The notes beneath the pieces were generated by a model that worked only from the letters and a program-made list of their open reading frames with translations, was not told the origin of the DNA and did not search any database. From IMG/VR virus record IMGVR_UViG_3300050025_000577: a DNA stretch of 64,000 nucleotides; one strand, 5' to 3'. Made by a program: the position numbers and the translations under genes. Positions 44,394 to 55,166 of this stretch are shown piece by piece; position 1 is the stretch's first letter, and every line of letters starts with the position of its first letter. The stretch is from a virus.

Positions 44394-47300
44394 ATGGCAA
44401 AGAGACGAGCGCATCGCGACGACAATTATCAATCGACATTCTTTGATGAACTCAAGGCTTCATCCACCAATGTCCCTTTTCCGCTTCAACAGAAGACAGC
44501 GGAGTTTATTGCGTCCGCCTATCACGCGCGTCCTGATGCAGCAGATCTTCCATTACCATCAAGTTTGGCAAAAGAGTTGTCTGCCTTTGGTCCGGTGGGG
44601 ACCATTGGCGATGCGCAAAATTTAATCCTGTCATCTCATTATGGAACCATGGGCGAGTTCGCTCAAGGCGTGATCAACAACCCTGGCTCCAGGTTGTCCA
44701 TCGGGGATGTATTCAGCACACTGACCGAGGCCGGTCTCAACGCGTTTCGCGGTTACGACCCGACCCAATCGGCATTCAGCACTCATTTGGTTCATTCCAT
44801 GCGCGACGCCCTGGTGGATGCGCGCCGTTCCATGCTTCCCAGCGGCAGTGAAGCCGGGTTGGATAGCATTGCTGTTCCTTTTGAAGATCCAACCGATGAA
44901 ACATCGGCCTGGAGCGGAACGACAGCGCCTTATGGGACTCCCGATGGTGAAGAAGCTCCCGTCAAGACGTGGGTTCAAAGTCTTTACGAAAACATTGCGG
45001 GAAATGTTCAATCCGGGCCGGTCACGGCCTATGGAGTGAATGGGGAGGGCTTTGTCCCATCCGTTGTTCCTCTTCCTCATCCGGATGGGAAGACTCTTCC
45101 CACCGGGTTCTATGCTCCTGATGGACAAGGATTGATGCTGGGAGGGCAGCTCAACCCCAATCTTTCCACGCGTCCCATCAAGGGCTGGAAACAGGTATGG
45201 GTGGGAGCCGATGATATTCGTGAATACTCAGAGGCTCTTGAAAGCGGTGTTCCTCTAAGTTCCAAACCCGGTCTTGCAGACCGCGTCGCCACTTCTCTGC
45301 GAAGTCTGGCAAATGGCTTGCTGGGCAACGATACCGTTGGAGGAAATCCGATCGGTTTCAACGTGCAGCAACTGGATGCCGAATTCATGGGCCAGCCGTA
45401 TGGGATGCAGGAAGTACGAGGAGATCCCATCCTGGGAGTGCGCTCTCGCACTCTCGAGGCCATGGAAGCCCTGGACACGGAAGGACACGATTTCTTCGAT
45501 GCTTCAGGCCAGCTCAGGGCATTGGTCGTTTCTCCTTCTCAAAGAATTCCCATGCTGATGGCAAGGGATTTACGCGTAAGCGGCAGAATTCAATATGGCC
45601 TGGATGCCAGTGGCAACAAGGTTGCTCGTGCGGTCTCCAGTGTACGAAACAACGAGGCCTTTGGCGACCAACTCGATAAAGAAAATCGAGCCGGCTATCA
45701 GGCTGCCAACCGCGTCAACCCCGTCGAACTTGAAGACTGGGAAACCAAATACGGTGATGTGACCAGCGGCCCCAATGGTGTTCCGGAAGAATTCGCTGAT
45801 CAATATCGTGCCTTTCTTCTTGATCGCGGGTCTGCGGTTCCGACCCCTAAACATGCGGTTCCGCAACCGCAGGATCCGCCCATGCCAGGAAATTGGAGCG
45901 CAGTCCGTCCGGTGGTTGGCGGCGCACAACCTCCTGAACCTCCTCGACCTCCTGTGGATCTTGCCACTCCCGAACCTTCCGATGACGGAAACTCCGGCTG
46001 GCAGACATCCAATGAAGCGATGGATTATCTGGTCAATGCCTTCCCGGAGTATGCACAAAAATTCCTGGGTACCGGGCCAGAGACTAAGCCGGCATTCGAT
46101 GCCTGGCGAGCTTCGCTTTCCCCTGAACAACGAAAGAAGTTCGACAGCGCCCACGCGTTTGTAACGAAAGAAAAACAAGATCCCATGGTCGTTAAGATGA
46201 ACGCTGGCTCAGCCACGCCCATGGGACAAGCCATGGCGCAAGCGCGCAAAGAGAGAGCGATCGCAAAGCGTGCGGTTCAACCTGCCATGGCTCCTGCCAA
46301 ATCGGCAGAGCCGGCTTCCACAACTTTCAACGCGAAGAGCCTTGAGGAACATGGAGTTTCTGCTGACCATGGAGCCTCCAATCCTCCGACCGCACCTCAA
46401 GGCGCGCCTGAACCTCCGCCCAACTTCCCTGAAGATGAAGAACATGTTTCTTCGTCTCAAGCAACCTCATCTGAGAACAGCGCCTTTTCCGGACCCTGGC
46501 GACAGGCTGCAAACAATCCATCCTTGGGTGTGTTTGGAGCAGGTCGTGGTCCTTCCGGTTCTGGTACGCCTTCATCATTGCGTGTCACGTCGGCGCTTCT
46601 ATCGGACTGGAAAGTTCGCGCCGCGGATCTTTCTGCGCAAGATGCAATCGGGTTCAGAGATGAAGCCCTGGGAGCACTCGAACCATTATCTCGGAATGGA
46701 AACCCCGCCAGTCCCAATTATGGGATGGTTGAAAGCGGTCATCTCGTAAAAGACGGACAAGAGACTCTATCGGCTGCCAATGTGGATCTGGCAGTTACCT
46801 GGGCACAGCAAGCTACCGGACAGGCCTTGAACTCCGGCGCGGTTACCGAGGGAATGAATGCGAATTCCGCTTCTGCCACCATGACGCAGAAGGTCTGGAA
46901 AGCCCTCGATCAGATCGCCAATAAATACGTTGATGCGTTGGGCCAGGAAGATCCCGAGCTTCAACTGGCAGCCAAGCGCCAGGCGGTAGCCATCAAGACA
47001 GTCGCCGGGCAAATTGCCGGGTCGGTCACGCATGACATGCGTGAGGATCTGGAACAACGCGGAGACGATGGCCGTCATCGCGCCATTCGCCTTGGCAACA
47101 ATGCCGGGCTCGCTCAAGCTGCCATACAATCCAATCCTGAATTTGCGGATTGGGTTGAAAGCCAGCCGGGAGGGCTGAACGCTGTTTTGCGCGGGCCGGA
47201 ACGCACGATCAACACTGGCACAGATGTATTAAATGTGGGCAGTGGTGGTTACAACTCTGGGCGCGGACGTGATGGCGGCGGCTTCGGCGGCAACGAAGGT

Positions 47301-49889
47301 GGACGATCCATCTATCAAACGCCGGCTGGCCGCTTCATGATGGAAATGATGATGGTCGGCTACGGCTGGAAGGATACAGCCGGCCAGGTACTTCAATCCG
47401 CCGAACAGTATGGCATGTCGCAAGCCAGCATGCTGCCGTTGGTTGCCTATGGAAACAATGGACCTATTACGGGTGCTGCGGCCTATGCAAGCCAGCGTGC
47501 CCTTGCTCAGGAAGAACAGGGACGCCTTGCCTATGAAGCCTATGGTGGCTTCACCAATCTTGGATACGCGATTGGCGGCGGACCGATAGGCAATGCCGTA
47601 TTCCAGATGGGCGATGCTGCCAAAGTCGCGACGGGTGCAGGGATCGTGACCGGCGGCGCAGCCTACGCAACCAGCTTCCTGGGGATGGGAACTGCCCTAT
47701 CTTCCGTAGCGGCTCCCATTGGATTAGGCGCGGCTGCATTGGTTGGTACGCCATTGATGGGAATGGCGGCTTTCAATGCCTTCACTGGTAAATCACCAGA
47801 CGAAGGTCTTTCTCCAATGAATATGGTCAGGGCCGGGGTGGTAGGCAGCGCCGAGTTTATGGCTGGAGATTGGAAAAATGGCCTGCTCAACACGATTGAT
47901 CCAATCGGCGCCCAAGGGAGTTTCCTTGACGAGCAAATGTCGAAGGACTTTGGCAGCAAAAGCCCGATCGATGTTTACAAGATGGGTCTTGGCCTGTACG
48001 GTAAATGGCTTCCTCAAGCTGCCTCATGGCTGGCCGGTGAAACACCACAACAAAAGGAAATCCGAACTTTAGCGAATACCATTTCGCAGAATACTGCTTT
48101 GCAGGTTTCCGACGTCGAAAACCAGTTACAGCCGATCCAAACCATGCTGGGCGGGTTGTCGTCACCGGCTCAATCGAAAACAGCGACCCAGTTGATCGAG
48201 CTGGCCCAATCCACTGGACTCAATCAAGCCGGCATCATCGGAAGTATTGCTGGCTCACGTGGTTTGGTGCGCGGTTCGGTTGATGAACAAAATCTCGTGC
48301 AGCAATACCTCGCTCTGCCGACGGAGGAAGCTCGTAATCAATTCGTGCTTCAGTCGCAAAGCGACGCGCAAGCTTTCTCTCAATACGCTCCGTATCTTCA
48401 GGGAACAACGGCGGCGGCAAGCCGCATGTTCTACGCCTCCGGGATGACCCTGCCGCAGGCGCAGCAGTTCGCCCCCATCATCGCCGGCGCGGCCATGTCC
48501 CAGGGCAGTCAGTTGACCCCTGACCAGGCTCTGCCGTTGATGCGGGAAAGCTTGAGCTTGGGCAAGTACGCCACAACGATCGGTTCGATGGCCGGCCAGC
48601 TCGACATGATGGGCGTCAGTAATTACGCCCAGGATTTCACACAGCTCTTCGATATCGTTGGGCCTGGCAAGCAAGATATCCTGAAGATGCAGGAGATATT
48701 CTCCGGCAACCGCTATGCGTGGTCCGATTACGGACGCCAGGCTGGCCTCGGCGTCTACCAGACCATGCAACCCAACGGGCTCCAGGCCGGCACGACCGAC
48801 ATGAGCGGCTTGCTGATGTTCGCCCGGCAGAACCAACTCGGCCAGACCGGACTCAGCGATCCACAGACCCTGAGTGCTTTGGGTGTCACGAACCCGAACA
48901 TTCAAAATGCCTTGTTGTCCGGCGGGATGTGGGCTGCTCAAACCCAGCAGGAGCAACAGCAGCAATCCTATCAAATGCAGGGCTATGGCATCCAACAAGC
49001 CCAGCTCTCAAGCAATCTGGCTTATACGAACCAGATGTATGGTTACCAGCAACAAGAGACTGCGGTCAACTGGGGCGCCACACAATACGGCTTCCAGGCA
49101 TCACAGGCCTCGCTGGACTTGAGCAATCAGGCATTCGCACAGAACCTGGCTCTCTCCAAGCAGCAGAACGCCACAAGTTACGCCTATCAGATGTCTTCTG
49201 CCGCCTTCCAGCAAGGCACAGTCCTGGAACAAGAGCAGTTCTCCAGGCAGGACTACAACTTCGGTGTCCAGATGAACCAGCTTCAGTATGGCTGGAACCT
49301 CTCCGACATAAATCTCGCGATCTCCAGATCAACCGGCTTCGATCGAGCGCAGCTTGTCAAGCAGCGTGACCGTATGGTGGAAAGCAACACCCTGAACGTC
49401 AACCATGCCGCGCAGGACGAAGCCAATCAGGAAGATCTCTGGAAGCGCCAGCAGGACCAGTACGAAAAGCAGGTTCAGTACAACCAGAAGATGCAGGAAC
49501 TGGACTTGCAGGCTTTCAAGAACCAGGAAAGCCAGCACAAGGCCCTTGCCGATCTGGATGAGAAAAATCTGCAAGAACAGATCAAGGTCCAAACCGAGCT
49601 TCACGACTTGCAATTACAGATGCAAAAGGAGACTCACGCACACGATCTTGAGAGTCTTGAGTTCTCCCAACAGCAGCTTGACTTGCAGATCGCTGTAAAC
49701 ACTACGGCCTTCCAATATCAGCAGGCCATGGAAGCCATACAACGTTCGCAGGCTTTACAGACTGCCAGCTTCCAGCAGATCGTAGGATACGCACCGGCAT
49801 TCAAAGATGCCCTGACTTCCTTCCTGACGTTCATGCAGAATGTCATCAACAACAATCAATCTCTCGGTAACAACGGATTAGGCCAATAA
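44394..49889 (+). CDS. Tape-measure-like giant virion protein (~1830 aa)
   Basis: Follows G/GT; Gly/Ala-rich hydrophobic middle, Gln-rich coiled-coil end; Pro-rich and sigma-r2-like N-terminal part. Confidence 0.8.
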   Translation: MAKRRAHRDDNYQSTFFDELKASSTNVPFPLQQKTAEFIASAYHARPDAADLPLPSSLAKELSAFGPVGTIGDAQNLILSSHYGTMGEFAQGVINNPGSRLSIGDVFSTLTEAGLNAFRGYDPTQSAFSTHLVHSMRDALVDARRSMLPSGSEAGLDSIAVPFEDPTDETSAWSGTTAPYGTPDGEEAPVKTWVQSLYENIAGNVQSGPVTAYGVNGEGFVPSVVPLPHPDGKTLPTGFYAPDGQGLMLGGQLNPNLSTRPIKGWKQVWVGADDIREYSEALESGVPLSSKPGLADRVATSLRSLANGLLGNDTVGGNPIGFNVQQLDAEFMGQPYGMQEVRGDPILGVRSRTLEAMEALDTEGHDFFDASGQLRALVVSPSQRIPMLMARDLRVSGRIQYGLDASGNKVARAVSSVRNNEAFGDQLDKENRAGYQAANRVNPVELEDWETKYGDVTSGPNGVPEEFADQYRAFLLDRGSAVPTPKHAVPQPQDPPMPGNWSAVRPVVGGAQPPEPPRPPVDLATPEPSDDGNSGWQTSNEAMDYLVNAFPEYAQKFLGTGPETKPAFDAWRASLSPEQRKKFDSAHAFVTKEKQDPMVVKMNAGSATPMGQAMAQARKERAIAKRAVQPAMAPAKSAEPASTTFNAKSLEEHGVSADHGASNPPTAPQGAPEPPPNFPEDEEHVSSSQATSSENSAFSGPWRQAANNPSLGVFGAGRGPSGSGTPSSLRVTSALLSDWKVRAADLSAQDAIGFRDEALGALEPLSRNGNPASPNYGMVESGHLVKDGQETLSAANVDLAVTWAQQATGQALNSGAVTEGMNANSASATMTQKVWKALDQIANKYVDALGQEDPELQLAAKRQAVAIKTVAGQIAGSVTHDMREDLEQRGDDGRHRAIRLGNNAGLAQAAIQSNPEFADWVESQPGGLNAVLRGPERTINTGTDVLNVGSGGYNSGRGRDGGGFGGNEGGRSIYQTPAGRFMMEMMMVGYGWKDTAGQVLQSAEQYGMSQASMLPLVAYGNNGPITGAAAYASQRALAQEEQGRLAYEAYGGFTNLGYAIGGGPIGNAVFQMGDAAKVATGAGIVTGGAAYATSFLGMGTALSSVAAPIGLGAAALVGTPLMGMAAFNAFTGKSPDEGLSPMNMVRAGVVGSAEFMAGDWKNGLLNTIDPIGAQGSFLDEQMSKDFGSKSPIDVYKMGLGLYGKWLPQAASWLAGETPQQKEIRTLANTISQNTALQVSDVENQLQPIQTMLGGLSSPAQSKTATQLIELAQSTGLNQAGIIGSIAGSRGLVRGSVDEQNLVQQYLALPTEEARNQFVLQSQSDAQAFSQYAPYLQGTTAAASRMFYASGMTLPQAQQFAPIIAGAAMSQGSQLTPDQALPLMRESLSLGKYATTIGSMAGQLDMMGVSNYAQDFTQLFDIVGPGKQDILKMQEIFSGNRYAWSDYGRQAGLGVYQTMQPNGLQAGTTDMSGLLMFARQNQLGQTGLSDPQTLSALGVTNPNIQNALLSGGMWAAQTQQEQQQQSYQMQGYGIQQAQLSSNLAYTNQMYGYQQQETAVNWGATQYGFQASQASLDLSNQAFAQNLALSKQQNATSYAYQMSSAAFQQGTVLEQEQFSRQDYNFGVQMNQLQYGWNLSDINLAISRSTGFDRAQLVKQRDRMVESNTLNVNHAAQDEANQEDLWKRQQDQYEKQVQYNQKMQELDLQAFKNQESQHKALADLDEKNLQEQIKVQTELHDLQLQMQKETHAHDLESLEFSQQQLDLQIAVNTTAFQYQQAMEAIQRSQALQTASFQQIVGYAPAFKDALTSFLTFMQNVINNNQSLGNNGLGQ

Positions 49890-50260
49890 TGAACGCTTAC
49901 ATCACACTCGATGGCTTCAAATACGCAACCATTCATAAACAGTGGGCACCCACAAAAGAGCGCCCGGTGGTCATCAAGAAGCTGCTATCCGGCGGACGCA
50001 ACGTGACCTTTGGCCCATCCATGACCAATCAGTGGGCGGGCGTGATTACGGTTCCCGTGACGCCGGCTACTGGATACGGCGCCATTTCCGACTTGCGGGC
50101 CACGTATGCCAAGCTGACCACCCTGACGTTCGTCGATCATTACGGAGTGACCTATTCCGTAGTGATCGACCGTCACGTCGGCGAAGCATCGCTCACCCCG
50201 GTGTGGGATGCCGGCACAAACATGTTCCAAGTCAACATCACGCTGGTGCAAATCTCATGA
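49889..50260 (+). CDS. Distal tail protein-like
   Basis: Position after tape measure; beta-rich. Confidence 0.6.
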   Translation: MNAYITLDGFKYATIHKQWAPTKERPVVIKKLLSGGRNVTFGPSMTNQWAGVITVPVTPATGYGAISDLRATYAKLTTLTFVDHYGVTYSVVIDRHVGEASLTPVWDAGTNMFQVNITLVQIS

Positions 50261-53200
50261 AACCAGGAATGTCATCCCTTCTCTCACTCATTCCCAACCC
50301 GAAGACCGCAGGCGCCCGGGTGACTTTCCGCGTCAAGAGACCGTTGTTCTCAAATGCCGCCCTGACAGACAGTCTTGGGATTACTGACCCCACTTTGATC
50401 GACAGTGCCACTTCCATTTCAGGAGCAAGTCTTTTTCGTGTGGTGAACGATCCCGCTACCCATCATTTATTTACTCAATCCATTGGAACCATTGTTTCCA
50501 CGTGGCCGACATGGAACGATAGCTCCATTGTTCTCGCCACAGGTTCAAAGCCTGGCATAGAGGGTGGGTATGTGTGGTATCAAAAACCAGACAACAGCAT
50601 CAACTATCGCACCTTCAACGGAAGTACGTTTGGCTCTGAAGTATCTGCCGGCGTAAGCATCGCTTACCCCGTTACACTGGCTCCGGTTGCATCCGGTTGT
50701 TATGTCTTTTATTACTCCACGCGTTGGCAAATTGCCTACCTTTCTGGAGGTACATCCACGACCTGGAGTGGTGGTGTCTATGGAACTTCGTCTACCACCA
50801 ATCAATTCGATGCGATCACCATAACCGATCAATTCGGGAACGCCATTGATTATGTGTATTATCAGGATTTGGATGCAGGTCGCGTGATCGAGCTTTCTCA
50901 CCGGGCATCCACGAATACCTGGGGGCAACCCCGATCCATTATCGCCATCGATGCGATCAACGCTCTGTATGGATTGAAGCTTTATGGCGCAAGTGTGATC
51001 AACGGAATGGCGGTGGTCACCGGGCGTCTCACCCGTACCAGCGACGGCGACCCTGTCTCCATGGATGTTTATCTCATGGGCCCGGAAGTCTACACGCTCG
51101 GGCGCGATATGTTCATTTCTGCTTCGCAAATTGGCGGCAAACTGCTTTTGATTGGCGGGAACCAGCTCGTGTCTTCTGGCTGTGCCGGATACGCCGTCGC
51201 AACAGCAACCAATTTGTTTGGAGTTGACACTTCCAGCCTGAAGTTGGTCACATCTGACATCGTGAACTTGACTCTTACCGAAGGCGAGAACCGCAGTTCC
51301 ACGCTTCAGCTCACCATGTCACCGGCCATCTTTCCACACGCAGCCCTGGTCAAAGGGGCGGAAGTGATCCTCGAAGTTTCCTACAACGGAAACTATGGAA
51401 CTGCTCTCACCGGCGAGATCGACAGGATCCTCTCAACAAAAGGTGAAGGACAGGACCTATCGATCTCGGTTGTGTCAACTTCCACCAAGCGCCTGGCCGG
51501 CTGGCAGCCCGATCAAGGCATTTACATACCCTCTCAGACAACCGCCGTTGGCGCCGCTTCTGACCTCACGCAATTCGTGGAGGATGACGGCGGAACGATC
51601 GTGTTCGGGAGCGGGTTCAAAACAGGCGGCGGAACAATATACAACGACACGGATCCGGGATGGATGTATAGCGGCTCGTGGGGCGTGGACGCCTCGCAGG
51701 GATGGAACCCCATTACCGGAGTGTATGGGGCGTCCATTCATTACGACAATTCCAGTGATCCCAACGGATACGCCACCTTTACATTTACCGGGGTCGGTTT
51801 CATCTTCTACTATACGCGCAACGTAGATCGCGGCTTGCACAATATTTCCGTTGACGGAACATTGGTCGCCACGGTCAATGCCAATAATCCCACACGCGTC
51901 CAGGGATCGTATGTCAGTTCCGTGCTGCCCTCGGGCAGTCATACCGTGAAGATCTCCCATGGAACGCCGGTGGCAAATTACATCGACGTGGACGCGATCG
52001 AGATTTTCACCGTTCCAACGAACGCAGCCACTCCAGGCAATTTCAATCAGTGGAACGTAATGTACACCGCCTGCAATTCATCGCGTGGCGGGGTCATGCG
52101 CGCCCGTTTCTACAACGAAGCGACCACGGATCTTTCCACCCGCAACCCGCGTTTTGGCGTCGGTCTCAATTACTATCGCGAGAACGCGGCTGACGCCGCC
52201 GTTCGCCTTGGCGTGAATTACGACGCGGTTGGCCCAAACCAACTTCAGTACAACGGCCTCGTGGCGGTCTATAGCCGCAATGAAGCTGGTGGCTCTGAGG
52301 GTGTTGCTTTGTACGACTGGAAAGCCAATGTCATGACCTCGCTTGCGACTCAAGCTTTTACCGCCGCGAAGAACGCCATGATCTGGTTCCAGATCTACTT
52401 TGTGGAAGGCATGATCAAAGTGGATTACCAGGTGGACGGAGCAACCACCTGGACCAACTTGATTTCCTATTCATACGGCAAAGCCAACGCCTGGGTCAAT
52501 CAAAACCTGGGACATGGCTTCATCGTGATGCAGAAACAGCTAACGACCTCCATCTCGTCTTACGAGTTTTCAGACACGGACACAGTGATTGGCCTGGGTA
52601 GTCTGACCGGCTTTCCGGCCTCCGGCTCGATCCTGGTGGATCAGGAAATCCTGTCGTACAGCTCGAAAACGAGCTTTACCAACGGATCTCTTGCTGGCAA
52701 CACCTATCCGATTATCTTTTGGCCGGCTGTTCGTCTGGATGGCGCATATACCGGAGCCGCATGGATACCGATTGCAGGACCAAAGTCATCCCCGTTCAAC
52801 GCCATCAACTATGCTCAAAACGCGGTCATTGTGTTTGTGGGACTCAATCGTTCGCTGCTATGCACATATTCCGATCCTAACGCTGACGCCACACGCCGCG
52901 GTGATCTTTGGATCCCCACCAGCGGTACGTATTATCCCGGTTGGAAGATGGATATCGGCAATACGGCTAAAGGAAGCTGGGTCGCTTCCGGTATTCCATC
53001 GATGTATTATTTTGGCGCGGACCCAACGGTGTTCGTACCCAGCGACGGCGTAACGGATCCCACGGGTTATGCCCTGAATAATTACTACCTGTCTCACAAC
53101 GCCCGCATCGCACCAGGATTGAACCTTAGCGGGCGAGGGCTGCTTGGCACAACGGCAATTCCACACAACAACAGCATCGCATACGTGTACGCACCCATCA

Positions 53201-54324
53201 CCTTGTTCTGCGACCAGATCGAGTATTTCACGCAGGACGAGGATGTCACCCTGGGCGATGCTCTTCAGCACGTGATCGGACAGACCGGCGGAGATGTGGA
53301 ACAGAACGATCTTGTCGATCAAGACCAGGTTGGAGCCGCCAGTACATGGACCAACGTCCAGGTTCCTGAGAACAGCTTGATCAATTTCATTGCTGAAATT
53401 TCTGTTCCTCCGTCTCTGGCGAACAACGTTGCCGTAGGCATGGCGTTTCGGTCTCCCACCGCCATCCCGGTGGGCGCCCATCCAGTCAATGGCTATTGGT
53501 TGAATTTTACATACAACGGAACAGCCTGCTTCCTGTCCCTTTACTCTTACGTGTCAAACGTTCAAACCCTGCTGAAACAATATACAGTGGCGTCGATTGC
53601 GCAATCCGGCAGGTTGAAGATCTCCGTCCATGTCAACATGATCTCCGTTTGGCTGGATCACAAATTCCTGTTCTCGTTCCGTGATGATACGTTCACGAGT
53701 GGAACCTACAAAGCTTTCACGATCTACAACCCTGTAGCATCTCCGACGCCGGCATTCCATTTTCTTTATTCGGAAGTGAACGACCTGCTGGCAGACATCA
53801 CGGTTGGAACTCGTGGGAATGGCATGCAATGCTTGGATGACCTGACCCGTAATCGCCGCGTGTACTTCCGCTCGAATGCCGATGGAAGCATGTTCTTCTG
53901 GAAGATGCCCATCTCCGGCGGGACGCTTCCCGACATTGTGATCACCGCCCAGCACGAATACGACGACTCTCGGGTTACCCGTATGCGCCTGGAAGGGTTG
54001 CAGGTGGTCGAGGTGGCCGACTTCAATGGACTTTCCGCCGTCGGAAACATCTTCGAGGATGAGAGTTCGTATTATTCCAACACAACGTTGGATGAAACCG
54101 GCGAAGCCCAGTATTACCTCAACTCCTCAAGGCAGCGGTCAGAGATCTGGACTCTGGACACTGTATTTCACCCGGCTCTTCAGCCTGGCGATCTCGTGAA
54201 TGTTCCCATCGCCGGCGAAGCCGGGTCTCCAGTCAGCATCGGCATCATGAGCACCCAACTCAACCTGGGTTTTACCGGTGACACATTCGACATTTCGTCT
54301 GTTGTTCAAGGATTTGCCGCATGA
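50257..54324 (+). CDS. Large tail tip/hub protein with carbohydrate-binding-like beta domains
   Basis: 1355 aa; WMYSGSW..ATFTFTGVG..HNISVDG..HTVKI module. Confidence 0.75.
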   Translation: MKPGMSSLLSLIPNPKTAGARVTFRVKRPLFSNAALTDSLGITDPTLIDSATSISGASLFRVVNDPATHHLFTQSIGTIVSTWPTWNDSSIVLATGSKPGIEGGYVWYQKPDNSINYRTFNGSTFGSEVSAGVSIAYPVTLAPVASGCYVFYYSTRWQIAYLSGGTSTTWSGGVYGTSSTTNQFDAITITDQFGNAIDYVYYQDLDAGRVIELSHRASTNTWGQPRSIIAIDAINALYGLKLYGASVINGMAVVTGRLTRTSDGDPVSMDVYLMGPEVYTLGRDMFISASQIGGKLLLIGGNQLVSSGCAGYAVATATNLFGVDTSSLKLVTSDIVNLTLTEGENRSSTLQLTMSPAIFPHAALVKGAEVILEVSYNGNYGTALTGEIDRILSTKGEGQDLSISVVSTSTKRLAGWQPDQGIYIPSQTTAVGAASDLTQFVEDDGGTIVFGSGFKTGGGTIYNDTDPGWMYSGSWGVDASQGWNPITGVYGASIHYDNSSDPNGYATFTFTGVGFIFYYTRNVDRGLHNISVDGTLVATVNANNPTRVQGSYVSSVLPSGSHTVKISHGTPVANYIDVDAIEIFTVPTNAATPGNFNQWNVMYTACNSSRGGVMRARFYNEATTDLSTRNPRFGVGLNYYRENAADAAVRLGVNYDAVGPNQLQYNGLVAVYSRNEAGGSEGVALYDWKANVMTSLATQAFTAAKNAMIWFQIYFVEGMIKVDYQVDGATTWTNLISYSYGKANAWVNQNLGHGFIVMQKQLTTSISSYEFSDTDTVIGLGSLTGFPASGSILVDQEILSYSSKTSFTNGSLAGNTYPIIFWPAVRLDGAYTGAAWIPIAGPKSSPFNAINYAQNAVIVFVGLNRSLLCTYSDPNADATRRGDLWIPTSGTYYPGWKMDIGNTAKGSWVASGIPSMYYFGADPTVFVPSDGVTDPTGYALNNYYLSHNARIAPGLNLSGRGLLGTTAIPHNNSIAYVYAPITLFCDQIEYFTQDEDVTLGDALQHVIGQTGGDVEQNDLVDQDQVGAASTWTNVQVPENSLINFIAEISVPPSLANNVAVGMAFRSPTAIPVGAHPVNGYWLNFTYNGTACFLSLYSYVSNVQTLLKQYTVASIAQSGRLKISVHVNMISVWLDHKFLFSFRDDTFTSGTYKAFTIYNPVASPTPAFHFLYSEVNDLLADITVGTRGNGMQCLDDLTRNRRVYFRSNADGSMFFWKMPISGGTLPDIVITAQHEYDDSRVTRMRLEGLQVVEVADFNGLSAVGNIFEDESSYYSNTTLDETGEAQYYLNSSRQRSEIWTLDTVFHPALQPGDLVNVPIAGEAGSPVSIGIMSTQLNLGFTGDTFDISSVVQGFAA

Positions 54325-54761
54325 AGGATACCTATTCAAAGCTAAAGAAGTTCGCAGATCTTCAAGACAAGAACCGCCCTACCAAAGGCACGGTCTTCTC
54401 CATCGACGGTTCGTTTATTGATGTGTACGTCAAGGCGCATTCGTTCGTCATGCGTCACGTGCAGACCATTGGAACCGCGACCTATATCGGCCAGCCCGTG
54501 ACCATTACCTGGGATAACGGCATCCCCACCGCGCATATCGTTGACAGCGCCGCGGCTTCATCTCCAGTGGTCGCCAATAATGAACTTGCCAATCCCACGG
54601 GCGCTCCCACCACAGGCAATGTGGACCTGGGCAATTTCCGGATCATCAATCTTGCTGCTCCCGTCAATCCGACGGACGCAGTCAACAAGCAATATGCAGA
54701 CAATTATGCCACTGGCATTCAACCCGCCATCAAGTGGATTATGGCTCAAACCTACGTTTAA
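54321..54761 (+). CDS. Minor tail protein
   Basis: IINLAAPVNPTDAVNKQYAD stalk motif. Confidence 0.65.
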   Translation: MKDTYSKLKKFADLQDKNRPTKGTVFSIDGSFIDVYVKAHSFVMRHVQTIGTATYIGQPVTITWDNGIPTAHIVDSAAASSPVVANNELANPTGAPTTGNVDLGNFRIINLAAPVNPTDAVNKQYADNYATGIQPAIKWIMAQTYV

Positions 54762-54770
54762 GGAAAAACT

Positions 54771-55166
54771 ATGGCCCCTAACATTACTCCTGTTTTCGTT
54801 CTAATGCCTGCTTTGAATATCGGGACGTTCAATACGGCAAATTCCAATCGTGATGGTACGGGCACTATTCAATCCATGGTAACTGGAGCGACAAACGGCA
54901 CCCGCGTCAAAAAGATCACCATCCGGGCGCTGACCACCACAACTGCCGGCATGATCCGCTTCTTTGCCAACGATGGAAGTGGATGGCGTTTATGGATGGA
55001 GGTTCCAGTCATGGCTGTGACAGTTTCCGCCACTGTGGCCGGCTGGGGTTACCAGCTTTTATTGCAGGGAGAGAATGCTTTGGTTCTGCCTGCTGGATAT
55101 TCTTTGGGCGTAGCAACGCAAAATGGCACTGCGTTTAGTTATGTCGTAGAAAGCGGAACGTATTAA
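54771..55166 (+). CDS. Minor tail protein
   Basis: TANSNRDGTG..GTRVKKITI..GMIRFF. Confidence 0.65.
   Translation: MAPNITPVFVLMPALNIGTFNTANSNRDGTGTIQSMVTGATNGTRVKKITIRALTTTTAGMIRFFANDGSGWRLWMEVPVMAVTVSATVAGWGYQLLLQGENALVLPAGYSLGVATQNGTAFSYVVESGTY

Noticed and set aside
48255-48998. Long antisense or alternate-frame ORFs (also 39998..41113, 33237..34274, 37489..38310, 11451..12365)
   Set aside because: Shadow frames of GC-rich genes with no motifs or RBS; the poly-Leu stretch mirrors the Gln-rich sense strand
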